From NCBI GenBank assembly GCA_030390025.1, contig JASTWF010000158.1:558001-622000 (forward strand): DNA of 64,000 bases, written 5' to 3'. A program made the position numbers and the translations under genes. How positions within the stretch are numbered: the first letter of the stretch is position 1; every line of letters begins with the position of its first letter. Positions 22,590-35,032 of this stretch are shown piece after piece. Source of the DNA: Squalus acanthias (taxonomy: Eukaryota). Under the pieces are notes generated by a model, which had not been told where the DNA came from, ran no database searches, and saw only the letters and a program-made list of their open reading frames with translations.

Positions 22590-24438
22590 TTAATAAAAAA
22601 ATGACCAATATTTTGTCACACCTCCTACTTTTTGCCCTTCGAAGGTGATCTCCTTGCGCACTTCCCCCCTTCCCACCCTACTGCTCCTCCGTAATGGGAC
22701 CCCAGTGGCTGCAGCAAGGCTGGTGGAAGGCTGCTGATTGTCAGAACCTGAGACTGCAGATGCCCTTGAAGGACGGCCTCGACCAGATCTGGGCCTGGAG
22801 GGCCCGGCTGCAGACTGCACCAACTCTGCATGGGCGGCAGCAGTCTGTCCTACAGGCGGTGGCAAGTGCAGTGGAGAAGTGACAGTGGTGGCAGCAGGAA
22901 TGCTGTCATCTTGAGAGAGGACAGCAACTCCCTACTTGACCGACACACTGGCACTCCCACGGGGCAGCACTTCAGCATCCGGAGCAATCTGCTGGAGCAC
23001 AGATTGCTGGCCTGCTGCGGCGCAGTGAGAGCCCCGGGGAAATGTGTCCGAACCAGCGAGGATGGCAGCAGTCAGTGCTCGCGTGGCCTCAATCTGAGTC
23101 TGCATGAGAGCAGTCAGAGATATGGTCATGGCAGCCAGTGACTGAATTGCAGCACTAAACATTTGCGTGGCATCCGCCTGTGCTACAGCGAAGTGCTCCA
23201 CACTCCTTGCCAGTGATTCAATGCATTGGGGCACCCTTCCCACGGCACCCATGAGCTCAGTGTGCATGTCCACCGCCTGGGTGTTCATTTCAGCGATCAG
23301 CCGCTCCTCCTCTGCGTCCAGTGCAGTAGGACTCGCTGGCATACTCTCCCTCTGGAGAGAAGGCCCCCGAGCTTCCCTACCCCCATCGCGTTGCTGCAGC
23401 ACGCTGGGTCCTGGAGCTTCACCCTCATCAGATCCTTCCCCCTGCTCCCCTCCAGGGAAGGCGTGTTCCCAGTGTGGGCATGGGCTTCTCTCGGGAGAGG
23501 GTGGCGCTGATGCTCCGCCTTCATCTTCCTCCTCGCCTGCAGCTTCACTCCACTGGCAGCTTGAGGGCCCGTCTCCTCAGCTGGTGAATCACCATCTGAA
23601 AGCAGGGAGGTACAAGAGTGGCTTTAGCGTGAGGACAGCGGGGCAGTAAGGGAGGAATGAGTGCAGCGATTTAGTAAGTTGGATTGAAAGTGTCAAAGGC
23701 TGGTGTTGTGAGGGACAAGTGGAAGGACAGAGGACAAAAAGGTGATGGCCTTACCATTGCTGTCCAGAACGGGGTCGGCGTCTCCAGTGGTGACGGGACC
23801 GATCACCCGGCTTGCCACAATCCTGTGGACACGCGCCTCAAGATCGCTGATGGGTTGCAGCTGAGGCCGCCCTCCACCCGTCCGTTGCTGCTGTCTCCTA
23901 TTATGAGATAGCTTGTCCTGCAAGAAAAAGGACGGCGTCTGAGTAAATATACAGCCATGGTCTTGCCTGATGTGCCTCCCATAGGTGAATAGCCCTTACT
24001 GTATGCAGCCATGGTCTTGCCTGATGTGCCTCCCATAGGTGAATAGCCCTTACTGTATGCAAAGTGTGGAATGTGTGTGTGTGTTTCATGAGAGGGCCAT
24101 AGGTGTTGGATGAGTGTTGGGCATTGGGGTTTTAAGACCCTCTGGCCATAGAGTGAGGTTGAGATGGAGGGATGGAGAGGTATTGAAAAAAAGTCACTCA
24201 CCCTGATAACCCGAGTGAGGTCGTTGAACTTTTTTCGACATTGTATATGGGTCCTGGGCACCATGCTCCTGGAGGAGACGCTCTGAGCCACCTCCCTCCA
24301 CACTCTTCTGTACTCGTGCGGCAAAGGCCTCCTGCCACTCTCAGGGAAGAGTATAGATTTTCTGCGCTCCACCGCGCCAACCAGAGCATCCAAGGCCCGC
24401 TCGCTGAAGCGCTGAGCTCATTCTCTCACCCTCTCCAT
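22590..24438 (-). pseudogene. Harbinger Myb/SANT DNA-binding partner gene (exons 24438-24202, 23917-23755, about 23595-22590), inactivated
   Basis: MERVRE*AQRFSERALDALV…WREVAQSVSSRSMVPRTHIQCRKKFNDL; GT-AG introns; TGGG motif in exon 2; a frameshift and a TAG in exon 3. Confidence 0.85.
23952..24060. repeat. Exact 54-bp tandem duplication in Myb-gene intron 1
   Basis: CAGCCATGGTCTTGCC…TACTGTATG occurs at 23952 and 24006. Confidence 0.95.
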
Positions 24439-27400
24439 AGTCCTTGGCTGGAAGATTTAGGCACAGGTCTCTGCAAGCCGAGATTCAAGGCTCCAATGAG
24501 CAGGGTGTGGCTGGAGTGCAAGATCGACCCTCCCCTTTAAGAACTGGCTGGGGCCATTGTGTCTGTGTTCCATCGCTGACTGACATTACATGAGCTTCGC
24601 CAGCGCTCTGAGTTAACGCCTCGCTCCTCGGCCTTTGCGCCTTAAGACAGATGTGTAGCGCCTGATTTAGCGCTCCAATCACCTCCAGGGGCGATAAAAG
24701 TCAAGTTTGCAGTCGGAGGCGATAATTAGCGCCAGGCGCTAATCTTTGCGCCCGGCCGATAATAGCGCCCCAAATGGGGCGATACGGAATTTCTCCCCCT
24801 ATATTCCATCTGCCATGTTCTCGCCCACTCACTGAGCCTGTCGAGATCCCCTTGAAGCCTCTTCACATCCTCTTCGCAACTGACACTGCCACCTAGCTTT
24901 GTATCATCAGCAAATTTGGAAATGTTACATTTAGTCCCCTCATCCAAATCATTGATACAGATTGTGAATAGCTGGGGCCCAAGCACCGATCCTTGCGGTA
25001 CCCCACTAGCCTGCCATCCTGAAAAAGATCCGTTTATCCCTACTCTTTGTTTTCTGTCTGTTAACCAATTCTCAGTCCATGCTAGTATATTTTTGTTCAC
25101 CAACCTCTTGTGTGGGACCTTATCGAAGGCCTTCTTAAAATCCAGATACACCACATCTACTGGTTCCCCTTTGTCTACTCCACTAGTTACATCCTCAAAG
25201 AACTCCAATAGGTTTGTCAAACAGGATATCCCTTTCATAAATCCATGTTGACTCTGCCCAATCTTATTATTAGTTTCTAAGTGCCCAATTATTGCATCCT
25301 TTATAATAGATTCCAGCATTTTCCCAACTACTGATGTGAGGCTAACAGGTCTGTAGTTCCCTGTTTTCTCTCTCCCTCCTTTCTTAAATAGCGGGGTTAC
25401 ATTTGCTATCCTCCAATCTGCAGGAACCGTTCCAGAATCTATAGAATTTTGGAAGATGACAACCAATGCATCCACTATTCCAATGGCCACCTCTTTCAAA
25501 ACCCTAGGATGTAGGTCATCCGGTCCTTGGGATTTATCGACTTTTAGTCCCATTAATTTTGCTAGTACTGTTTTTTTACTAATAATAATTTCTTTAAGTT
25601 CCTCATTCTCATCACACCCTTGGTTTTCTCGTATATCTGGGAGGTTTTTTGTGTCTTCCTCCGTGAAGACAGAAACAAAGTATTTATTTAATTTCTCTGC
25701 CATTTCCTCATTCCCCATTATAAATTCTCCCATCTCTGACTGTAAAGGACCTACATTTACCTTCGCCAGTCTTTTCCTTTTCACATTTAAGGAGATATTT
25801 CATAACTCTCAACAAAAATATATTCCAGTGAGAAAGAAAGATTTTAAGAGAAGGAGCACCATCCGTGGCTAACTAAGGAAGTAAAGGATGGTATCAAATT
25901 GAAAATGAAGGCATACAATGTTGCCAAGATTGGTGGGAGGCCAGAGGATTGGGAAATTTTTAAAAACCACCAAAGGATGACTAAAAAAATAATGAAGAGA
26001 GAGAAGATGAATTATGAGAGTAAACTGGCAAGAAATATTAAAACAGATAGTGAGAGCTTCTACAGGTATATAAAAGGGAAGAGAGTAGCTAAAGTAAACG
26101 TTGGTCCCTTAGAGGATGAGAATGGGGAATTAATAATGGGGAATGGGGAAATGGCAGAGACTCTGAACAAATATTTTGTATCTGTCTTCACTGTAGAAGA
26201 CACTAACAACATCCCAATAATGGATAATCAAGGGGCCACAGAGAGGAGGGAACTAAAGACAATCACTATCACTAAGGGAAAAGTACTTGGCAAAATAATG
26301 GGACTAAAAGACGACAAGTCCCCTGGACCAGATGGCCTGCGTCCCAGGGTCTTAAAAGAAGTGGCTGCAGAGATGGTGGATGCATTGGTTGTAATATACC
26401 AAAATTCCCTGGACTCTGAAGAGGTCCCAGCGGATTGGAAAACTGCAAATGTAACACCCCTATTTAAGAAAGGAGGGAGACAGAAAGCAGGAAACTATAG
26501 ACCAGTTAGCCTAACATCTGTCGTTGGGAAAATGCTGGAGTCCTTCATTAAGGAAGCAGTAGCAGGGCATTTGGAAAATCATAATGCAGTCAAGCAGAGT
26601 CAGCATGGTTTTATGAAAGAGAAGTCATGTTTAATAAATTTGCTGGAGTTCTTTGAGGATGTAACGAGCAGGGTGGACAAAGGTGAGCCAGTGGATGTGG
26701 TGTATTTGGATTTCCAGAAGGCATTCGATAAGGTGCCACATAAAACGTTACTGCATAAGATAAGAGCTCACGGAGTTGGGGGTAATATATTAGCATGGAT
26801 AGAGAATTGGCTAACTAACAGAAAGCAGAGAGTCGGGATAAATGGGTCATTTTCCGGTTGGCCACAGGGATCGGTGCTGGGGCCTCAACTATTTACAATC
26901 TACATTAATGACTTGGATGAAGGGACCGAGTGTAATGTAGCCAAGTTTGCGGATGATACAAAGATGGGTGGGAAAGCAAGTTGTGCAGAGGACTCAAAGA
27001 ATCTGCAAAGGGATATAGACAGGCTAAGTGAGTGGGCAAACATTTGGCAGATGGAGTATAATGTGGGAAAGTGTGAGGTTATCCACTTTGGCAGGAAAAA
27101 TAAAAAAGCAAATTATTATTTAAATGAGAGAGATTACAAAATGCTACAGTTCAGAGGGACCTGGGGGTCCTTGTACATGAAACACAAGAAGTTAGCATGC
27201 AGGTACAGCAAGTAATCAAAAAGGCAAATGGAATGTTGGCCTTTATTGCAAGGGGGTTGGAGTATAAAAGCAGGGAAGTCCTGCTACAACTGTACAGGGT
27301 ATTGGTGAGACCACACCTTGAGCACTGCGTACAGTTTTGGTCTCCTTATTTAAGGAAGGATATACTTGCATTGGAGGCAGTGCAGAGACGATTCACTAGG

Positions 27401-28279
27401 TTAATTCCAGAGATGAGGGGGTTGACTTATGAAGAAAGGTTGAGCAGGTTGGACCTATACTCATTGGAATTTAGAAGAATGAGAGGTGATCTTATTGAAA
27501 CATATAAGATACTGAGGGGGCTCAACAAGGTAGATGCAGAGAGGATGTTTCCCCTCGTGGGGAAATCTAGAACTCGGGGGCATAGTTTCAGAATAAAGGG
27601 TCGCCCTTTTAGAACTAAGATGAGGAGGAATTTCTTCTCTCAGAGGGCCGTAAATCTGTGGAATTCTCTGCCCCAGAGAGCTGTGGAGGCTGGGTCATTA
27701 AATACATTTAAGATGGAGATAGACAGATTTTTGCAAGATAAGGGAGTGAAGGGTTATGGGGAGCAGGCGAGGATGATCTTATTGAATGGTGGAGCAGTCT
27801 CGAGGAGCCAAGTGGCCTATTACTGCTCCTATTTCTTATGTTCTTATGATCTTATCATGCCCACTCACGCACATTGGAGACACAAAACCCGGATGTAAAA
27901 TGATAATGAGGTATCCCCGTTGAAATCGGACCCTCCCACGCGTCCCAGGATCTTCTGCGTTTTGCGCCAGCTATTGCGACACCACCCCCTGCTCAGATCC
28001 CGCCTCTGCGTTTTATCAACCCCATTAAGTCACAAACTTATAATAAAGAGTACTAAATGTCAGTATTCTTCTCAAAGATTACTATCTTACTGTAATTTTC
28101 TCAAGGACTGGAAGGTAATCAAATTCCCTGAACTCTAGTTAAAGAAGCATCATGGTCATGAAAATATGTTTGAAACACTTTTTATCATTTGTTCAATAAC
28201 ACACAACACAATGATAGAAATCCTTTTGAAGCATATCATTGCATTACTTCTGTATGATATCATTATGACAAAAATAATG

Positions 28280-29470
28280 CTTTTTTTTTATTCGTTCATG
28301 AGATGTGGGCCTCACTGACAAGGCCAGCGTTTATTGCCCATCCCTAATTGCCCTTAAGAAGGTGCTGGTGAGCCGCCTTCTTGAACCGCTGCAGTCTGTG
28401 TGGTGAAGGTACTCCCACAGTGCTGTTAGGGAGGGAGTTCCAGGATTTTGACCCAGCGACGATGAAGGATCAGCGATATACTTCTAAGTCAGGATGGTGT
28501 GTGACTTGGAGGGGAACTTGGAGGTGGCAGTGTTCCCATGTGCCTGCTGCCCTTGTCCTTCTAGGTGGAAGAGGTCAGGGGTTTAGGAGGTGCTGCCGAA
28601 GAAATCTTGGCGATTTGCTGCAGTGCATCTTGTAGCCACGGTACACCGGTGGTGGTGGTGGAATGTTTAAGGTGGTGGATGGGGTGCCAATCAAGCGGGC
28701 TGCTTTGTCCTGGATGGTGTCGAGCTTCTTGAGTGTTGTTGGAGCTGCACTCATCCAGGCAAGTGGAGAGTATTCCATCACACTCCTTACTTGTGCCTTG
28801 TAGATGGTGGAAAGGCTTTGGGGAGTCAGGAGGTGAGACACTTGCCGCAGAATACCTAGCCTCTGACCTGCTCTTGTTGCCACAGTGTTTATGTGGCTGG
28901 TCCAGTTAAGTTTCTGGTCAATGCTGACCCCCAGGATGTTGATGGTGGGGGATTTGGCGGTGCTAATGCCGTTGAATGTCATGGGGCGGTGGTTAGACTC
29001 TCGCTTGCTGGAGATAGTCATTGCCTGGCACTTCTGTGGCGTGAATGTTACCTGCCACTTATCAGCCCAAGCCTGAACGTCGTCCAGGTCTTGTTGCATG
29101 CGGGCATGGACTGCTTCATTATTTGAGGAGTTGTGAATGGCACTGAACACTATGCCGTCATCAGCGAACATCCCCATTTCTGATCTTATGATGGAGGGAA
29201 GGTCATTGATGAAGCAGCTGAAGATGGTTGGGCCTAGGACACTGCCCTGAGGAACTCATGCAGCGATGTCCTGGGGCTGTGATGATTGACCTTCAATCAC
29301 CACAACCATCTTCCTTTGTGCTAGGTATGACTCCAGCCAGTGGAGAGTTTCCCCCCACGCCTCCCCCCCCCCCCCCCCCCCGATTCCCATTGACTTCAGT
29401 TTTACTAGGGCTCCTTGATGCCACACTCGGGCAAATGCTGCCTTGATGTCAAGGGCAGTCACTCTCACCT
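28280..29470 (-). mobile_element. CR1-group non-LTR retrotransposon (second family), RT C-terminal part and 3' UTR
   Basis: ALDIKAAFARVWH, MFADD, WADKWQVTF, YKAQVRSVMEY; poly-A end. Confidence 0.9.
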
Positions 29471-29589
29471 TCCTTTGCTTCTTCTCCTTCCTAAACAAAA
29501 AATGGTTTGCCAGATGCTATTTTAATTATAGGACTTCCTCTTTAATTTGACATTTAATAGAATATTAATACTTGTTTTATGCACAAAAG

Positions 29590-29860
29590 CAGTTGTCTGT
29601 CTATCTGTCCTGTGGTGCCCTAGGTATATCGGGCCAGCACCAGTCTCTGCCACTCCATTCTGTTTTTTGACTAGCTGTCCCTCTTCCCAGATGATGTTAG
29701 CTTCTACTAAGTCCTTCTCTACAGTACTCAGCCTGGTTATTCTTGGCCTTCCATGGTTCCCTCTTCGATTTGATTGTCGTATTAGTTCTTGATAAAGTAG
29801 CCTGGACTCTTGCATCCTCAGCACATGATCTAGCCAACAATTCAAGCAGCAGGATTCTTT
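29590..29860 (-). mobile_element. RTE-clade LINE 3' fragment
   Basis: WLDHVLRM…RRGNHGRPRIT…VEKDL matches the RTE C-terminal motif. Confidence 0.6.
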
Positions 29861-30752
29861 AATTGGTGATGTTGGCAGGGGAGTTGCTAATATTACCAAC
29901 ATCTGCCAAGTAAAAATTATTTATTACATGCAGAGCCACATTCCTACTACCCTGTTCGGGCCTCCACTTTGACTCTGAAAAGGCCAAGTAAAATGCTTCC
30001 TTTTCCCTAAGCCCTAACATGTTTTCCATATAGGTTGCGGCATAATGGCCGAAATAATAGGCTTATCATCGCATCTGTTACTCTTACCTGACCTTGAGGC
30101 GGGGCATGGCACCAAAATAGGTAAAGAGTGCAGCAGCATCATTTATTTTTTTGAATAACCACTTAAAAATAAAGTACTCTCCAGGAGGCTGAGGCTACAT
30201 TCATTCCTAACAATTATAGCAACATGAGGGAGCCACGCAATTGTATCACCATATACTGTATCGTATACACAATTGAATTTAAAAAAGGAGCATGTGTACG
30301 TTGGTTGCATTTTAAAATTTGAGTAAGGACAATCCAGCTTAGTTGAGAATATTCTTTTTAAGACATTTCAACTCTTGGTACTCCTTCAGGACTGACAGCG
30401 ACCCTGACTTACCCCAAAGTCTCATCAGCAGTAAGGTGGTGCTTCACAGAACAAAGTAGAAAATCAAAGAACCATATCACTTCTCTCACAGGCAAAGATC
30501 AAAACAATTTCCTTTTGGCCCTCAGTTAAAATGAGCCTGTTATGAGTTGTTTTCTGCAGGATTGAGTGGTGTCCAGACAATGTGTTTTGAAACCTGTAAA
30601 GTACACAAAGATGTTCTCAGTAAATATATCCATAGCAGAAGATTGAAAGATTAATGCTAAGCACTAAAAATTGCCAAATAAAGGTTTTAGATGCACATTT
30701 CAAGTATTTTAATGTCAGCTCTGTATCATACAGCACCAAAAGCAAATTCGGT

Positions 30753-32664
30753 GGCCGGAATTTTCCCGTTGTTGAGCGTGCGCAGTAAAAATCCTGGAAA
30801 TTACGAGCGCGTCAGGTACGCGCTGTCATCCCGCCGCCTCACACAATTAACCCCGACGGCTTTGAAGGTGCAACACAGACCCGATCGGCAGAGATGTGCG
30901 ACCTCAGTCAAGTCATTAACTGCTTGTTGAGAAACCCTTAAGAGGGTTTTTAACACCAGCTTTTGACTTTTACTGCAGGAGCACGAGATTCACGCAGCTC
31001 GGGAACCTCGCCTGTGAAGGGGAGGTGGAAGCTCAGTGGCCATTGTGCGAGTCCATTCATTGAGAGCTGGAAAAAGCACATAACTACTCACACGTTACAC
31101 CTCATTACTTGCCTCATGGAAAGGCTCTTGCTGACTCCATTTTGTCCACAGATTTAGGTTTCAGCAGTTTGCAGGTCATTTCTGCAACCTCGGAAGCCAC
31201 TCTCACCACATTGCTAGTAACTATCACAACATTGAGGGATTGGGCCTCCGATCTCCACTTTACCTGCTATCAATTACATCAGCATGGGTGCCGCTTATAC
31301 TGTCTCACCTTGGACCTCAGAATCGGACCAAGGTGAGCCCCATCACCAGCAGCTGCAGCCACACCAGCAGTCTTCACCTCAACGACCTGATGCTCCACAG
31401 GAGAGAGGGGGGCACCACAGGGCTGCAGTGCGACGGGCGCGATAACCCAACACAGGGTCTACAGGCAGACGATGAGCTTCCTCAACATGACTGAGCAGTA
31501 GTGCCAAAGGAGGCTCAGGCTATCGTGCCAGGCCATCGCAGACATTTGTAGCTTGCTGGAACAAGACCTGCTGCCCAGAGGTCCTAGTGGACAGGCCTTA
31601 CCAGTGGCTGTCAAAGTCACCACTGCCCTCAGCTTCTTCGCCTCAGGCTCCTTCCAGGGATCTGCAGCAGACATTTGCAGGATCTCGCAGTCGGCCGCCC
31701 ACAGACACATCACACAGGTCACCGATGCCATGTTTCACAAGTCAGCCAATTATATCAACTTTGCCACTGATGAAGCCAGTGTTACTGAGTGGGCGTTCAG
31801 CTTTGCGGCTCTGGCTGGCTTCCCACAGGTGCAGGGCGTCATCGACTGCACACATGTGGCCATGAAGGCACCCAATCATCACCCTGGAGTATTTGTGAAC
31901 CGCAAAGGCTTCCACTCCCTCAATGTGCAGCTCATCTCCAACCATAAAAAGATGATCATGCGTGTGTGCGCCAAATTCCCTGGCAGCTGTCATGACTCAT
32001 GCTGCGCCAGCCTACCCTCAGCTCTTCACACCTCCAAACAGACTTACCTGGCTGGCTGCTTAGAGACAAGGGCTATCCACTGAAGACGTGGCTCATGACA
32101 TGGCTTGAGAACGGCCAAGTACTGAGGTCAAGGAGCGTTATAATGAGAGCTACATGTCCACCAGATGTGTCATAGAACAAACAATAGGCATGCTGAAGAT
32201 GCGCTTCAGATGCCTTGACAGATCTGGAGGAGCCCTTTTGGTGTCTTTGGAAGGTCGCCTGCGCCTATCTGCAGGGAACAGGACCTCCCTGCGTGCTCTC
32301 ACTGCCTCCACCAGAATATGCAGGGATGCATCAGAAAATCAGGGTGCAGCCCTCTGCCTTTGAATATCCATCATTTAAAGTTTGGAACAGTACTCAGACG
32401 TTTCTATTTCACCTTCCACACTCCTCTAGCAACCTTCAAATGAGTTGTGTGCAAGGCTGCTTTAAATATCGGCACTGGAAACGGGTCATCGATGACGTCA
32501 TCAGACCCGCTCCATTTAATTGGGCTGGGAAATGCGCATGACTGCTTTAAGTGGGGCCATTAAGCTAAAGTCACCCTGAAGAACGCGCTGAGCAGAACAT
32601 CGCATTCCCGACCCGCTACGCGGCCCGCACGCACCTGACCTGACTCCACGGTAAAATTCCAGCC
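30753..32664. mobile_element. Internally deleted Harbinger (different family): decayed transposase(+) about 31284-32237 fused to Myb 5' end(-) about 32373-32232
   Basis: TIRs GGC(C/T)GGAATTTT(C/A)CCG; [33 protein letters not shown]; minus strand MMDIQRQRAAP*FSDASLHILVEAV. Confidence 0.9.
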
Positions 32665-32859
32665 AATGGGGATACAGATTGGGAGCACAGCAGAGAAACA
32701 GAAGTTGGAAAAAAAAGAGCAGACGTTTTTATTTAGTAAAGCTCTTTGTGCTCTACTTCAGTATTCATCTATCTATTTATTTGAAACCAAGATCAAAGAA
32801 GTTCAGGGACCTGAGCACACTTAGTTAAATTGAAGGACTGGATCAGACAGTATCTTGTT

Positions 32860-33500
32860 TTTCAGTTCAACTATTTATAAACCAGTTCCTGGAACAGTAC
32901 ACAGGATGTTTCTTGACTGCAACACTCAAATGGACTCTTCAAAGTGTAGGGTTACTCTTTATGTCATTGCTATTCTGCTGGCACCATTTCCCCATAAAGG
33001 GAGCAAAATTGTTCCATGTAACAAAATCATACAACATTTTTTGAATGCATTTCCAATGCCACTATACATAGTGACCTGAGCAATTTTTCCTCCGATTGTT
33101 AACCAGCAACAGAATACCGAGCCCGTAACTGATCTGACAAGTCAAACAGCTGTCATTAGCCACAATGACATTTCCAAACATAACTAATGCACATTTTAGT
33201 AAATAGTAATTCTCACTTAACTGTCAATTAAAGACAGGCCCTTGCAGTCTTGAGTCTCTGGGCTCTTGGGATAATCCACACAATTTTTAGCCTGTACAAG
33301 CTCACCACTAACTTTGGTCAAGGTCGATCCTTTTAAGTTCCCAGCGTATGATCCTCCATCTTCCATTTTCTTCCTGCTAATTTTCTGATTTTTACTTGTT
33401 GACAGCCAAGGCAAAAGTGATGCTCAACACTCTGAACTCCCAAGCTTCGGGTCTGCCATCGATATTCTCTATAGATAGAGAGTGTTGCTGGTCATTCCTG
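32860..33500 (-). pseudogene. Decayed filovirus/mononegavirus-like nucleoprotein core (candidate EVE)
   Basis: One frame from 33214 gives NYYLLKCALVMFG ~ TNFLIKFLLIHQG, VANDS ~ DANDA, QISYGLGIL ~ QARFSGLLI, NNFAPF ~ GEYAPF and NPTL*RVHLSVA ~ FPQLSAIALGVA (recalled Ebola NP). Confidence 0.6.
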
Positions 33501-33572
33501 TAAGAGGTTTGAGTGTCTTACTTTCAGGAGTGTACCCATATTGCCCAATATCTAACTATACCATACCATAGC

Positions 33573-33885
33573 TCCTCTTGCCTTGAATACCTCTTAATGT
33601 CTCTCAATGTCTCTTAATCTCTCTCATGTCTCTTAATCTCTCCTGCTTTCTATCCTACCACTGACCTTCCCTTTTGTTCTTTCATCCCCTCCCCCTTTTC
33701 CCAGCATTATACTTGCTTTAAAATCTATTTCATTTCCTGCTTTTTTTCCAGTTCTGACGAAAGGTCTTCGACCTGAAACGTTAACTCTGTTTCTCTCTCC
33801 ACGGATGCTGCCTGGCCTGCTGAGTTTTTCCAGCGTTTTCTGTTGTTATTTCGGATTTCCAGCATCCGCAGTATTTTGCTATCGT
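33573..33885 (+). mobile_element. 5'-truncated Penelope tail with hammerhead ribozyme (33750-33786)
   Basis: 10-bp TSD ATACCATAGC; AGTT-CTGACGA-A-AGGTC-TTC-GACCT-GAAACGTT-AACT. Confidence 0.85.
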
Positions 33886-33947
33886 ATACCATAGCATAAC
33901 CCGGGTTGGAACATTAGGACCCCCTTGTGATCTGAACTCGAGATCAT

Positions 33948-34502
33948 GGCCTAGAAATTCGCGTGGCCGGCTTGCCGCGGGGGTAAGAATCTGTGAATTG
34001 AAATCGGCCCCAAAAGAACAGCTAAACTTAAAATAAATATTTTTTAAAAACCATCACATTTATAAAATAACTATAGTTAAATAAATTAACCACTTTAAAC
34101 AAAAATTTAAATTTTTGAAAAAATTAAAATACTTTTTAAAAGTTATAAAAATAAACTTACCTTTCTTTAAAGTATCTAAAAAAGATAAACCTGTTGAAAA
34201 AAATTTAAAATTATACTTAATTAACTACTTACCTTGTTCAAAAGGGGTCTTACGCCTCCTTTTTATTAGCGTAGAATCTTCAATACTTACCCTCGCGTAG
34301 AAACCTGAAAAAAAATCTAAGTGTGCTGCGTGCGCGCAGCCTCTAGCGCACACGCGGTTCACCTAGGAACTGCCCCCTTCACCATACCGGAAGTACCGGT
34401 TTCCTGCGCATGCGCAGTGCATGCAGGAAACCGGCACTTCGGGAATGAATACGGATGAGTACGGACTGTGTACTCACCCGGGAACGGCCGAATTTTTGGG
34501 CC
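33948..34502. mobile_element. Harbinger-type MITE, copy 1
   Basis: TIRs GGCC(TAG/CAA)AAATTCG; CAT TSD. Confidence 0.9.
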
Positions 34503-35032
34503 CATGTGTTTTACATGTGCCCTCCTGTGCTTCTCCAATCTTTTTGAAGGTGGACTGAAACATTTGGTGTGATGAGGCCAGATATGAATCGTTAATCTGC
34601 TTATTTCACAGACAGCAAGTGAATGTAGAGACTAATGGTTAAAGCAAGTTCTACTTAATTCACTCAATCTCATTTCTCTCCTTGAAGCAAATTGGGAAAA
34701 AATAATAAGCATGCACCCTTTCCCTTTCATAGCAGACTTACTTGTTTTTGGCATTATCTTTCCTTCTAGACAACAAACAGAAAAAACAAATCTACCTTCT
34801 AGCTTCAGGCCAAGGACAGTGCCTCGCAGCCCTTTATTCAAAATGTTACGGCTCCAAACAGGGATTTTTCCTTTTTTATTAATTCTGACCTCAGGAGGCA
34901 GGGAGGCAGTGCTTACATAATTGTCCTCACCACAATGGGTGTAAATATTTGTTTGAGATGATGTAACAAATTGCTTAACATCTCTGGCCTTCCTGGCTAA
35001 TGGGCCCGGATGAGACAACGTACCCTCAATGT

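Larger units (their letters stand above)
20643..24799. mobile_element. Full-length PIF/Harbinger DNA transposon (4157 bp)
   Basis: TIRs GGGGGA(A/G)AAATTC; TAT TSD at 20640-42 and 24800-02, whose removal restores the CR1 reading frame; convergent transposase and Myb genes; multiple subterminal TAGCGCC/GGCGCTA motifs. Confidence 0.97.
19826..25782 (-). mobile_element. Nested CR1 LINE (19826-20642 and 24803-25782), itself split by the full-length Harbinger
   Basis: ORFs 24726-25784 and 19915-20637 rejoin at WQMEY|NVDKCEV; (AAGAACAT)n tail at 19827. Confidence 0.95.
19412..27850 (+). mobile_element. CR1 LINE ORF2 (EN 19412-19826; RT and 3' end 25783-27850), split by a nested CR1(-)
   Basis: IMGDFN…LGKSDH endonuclease motifs; RT with PQGSVLGP and KFADDTK; 3' tail. 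The sequence rejoins as …TGGGCAT|TTAAGGAG. Confidence 0.95.

Noticed and set aside
30412-30594. Minus-strand exon-like segment with good AG/GT sites and a faint NP-tail resemblance (LTEGQKEIVLIF)
   Set aside because: Stops occur in all three frames and the spacing to the 33 kb relic does not fit; at most a non-coding exon.
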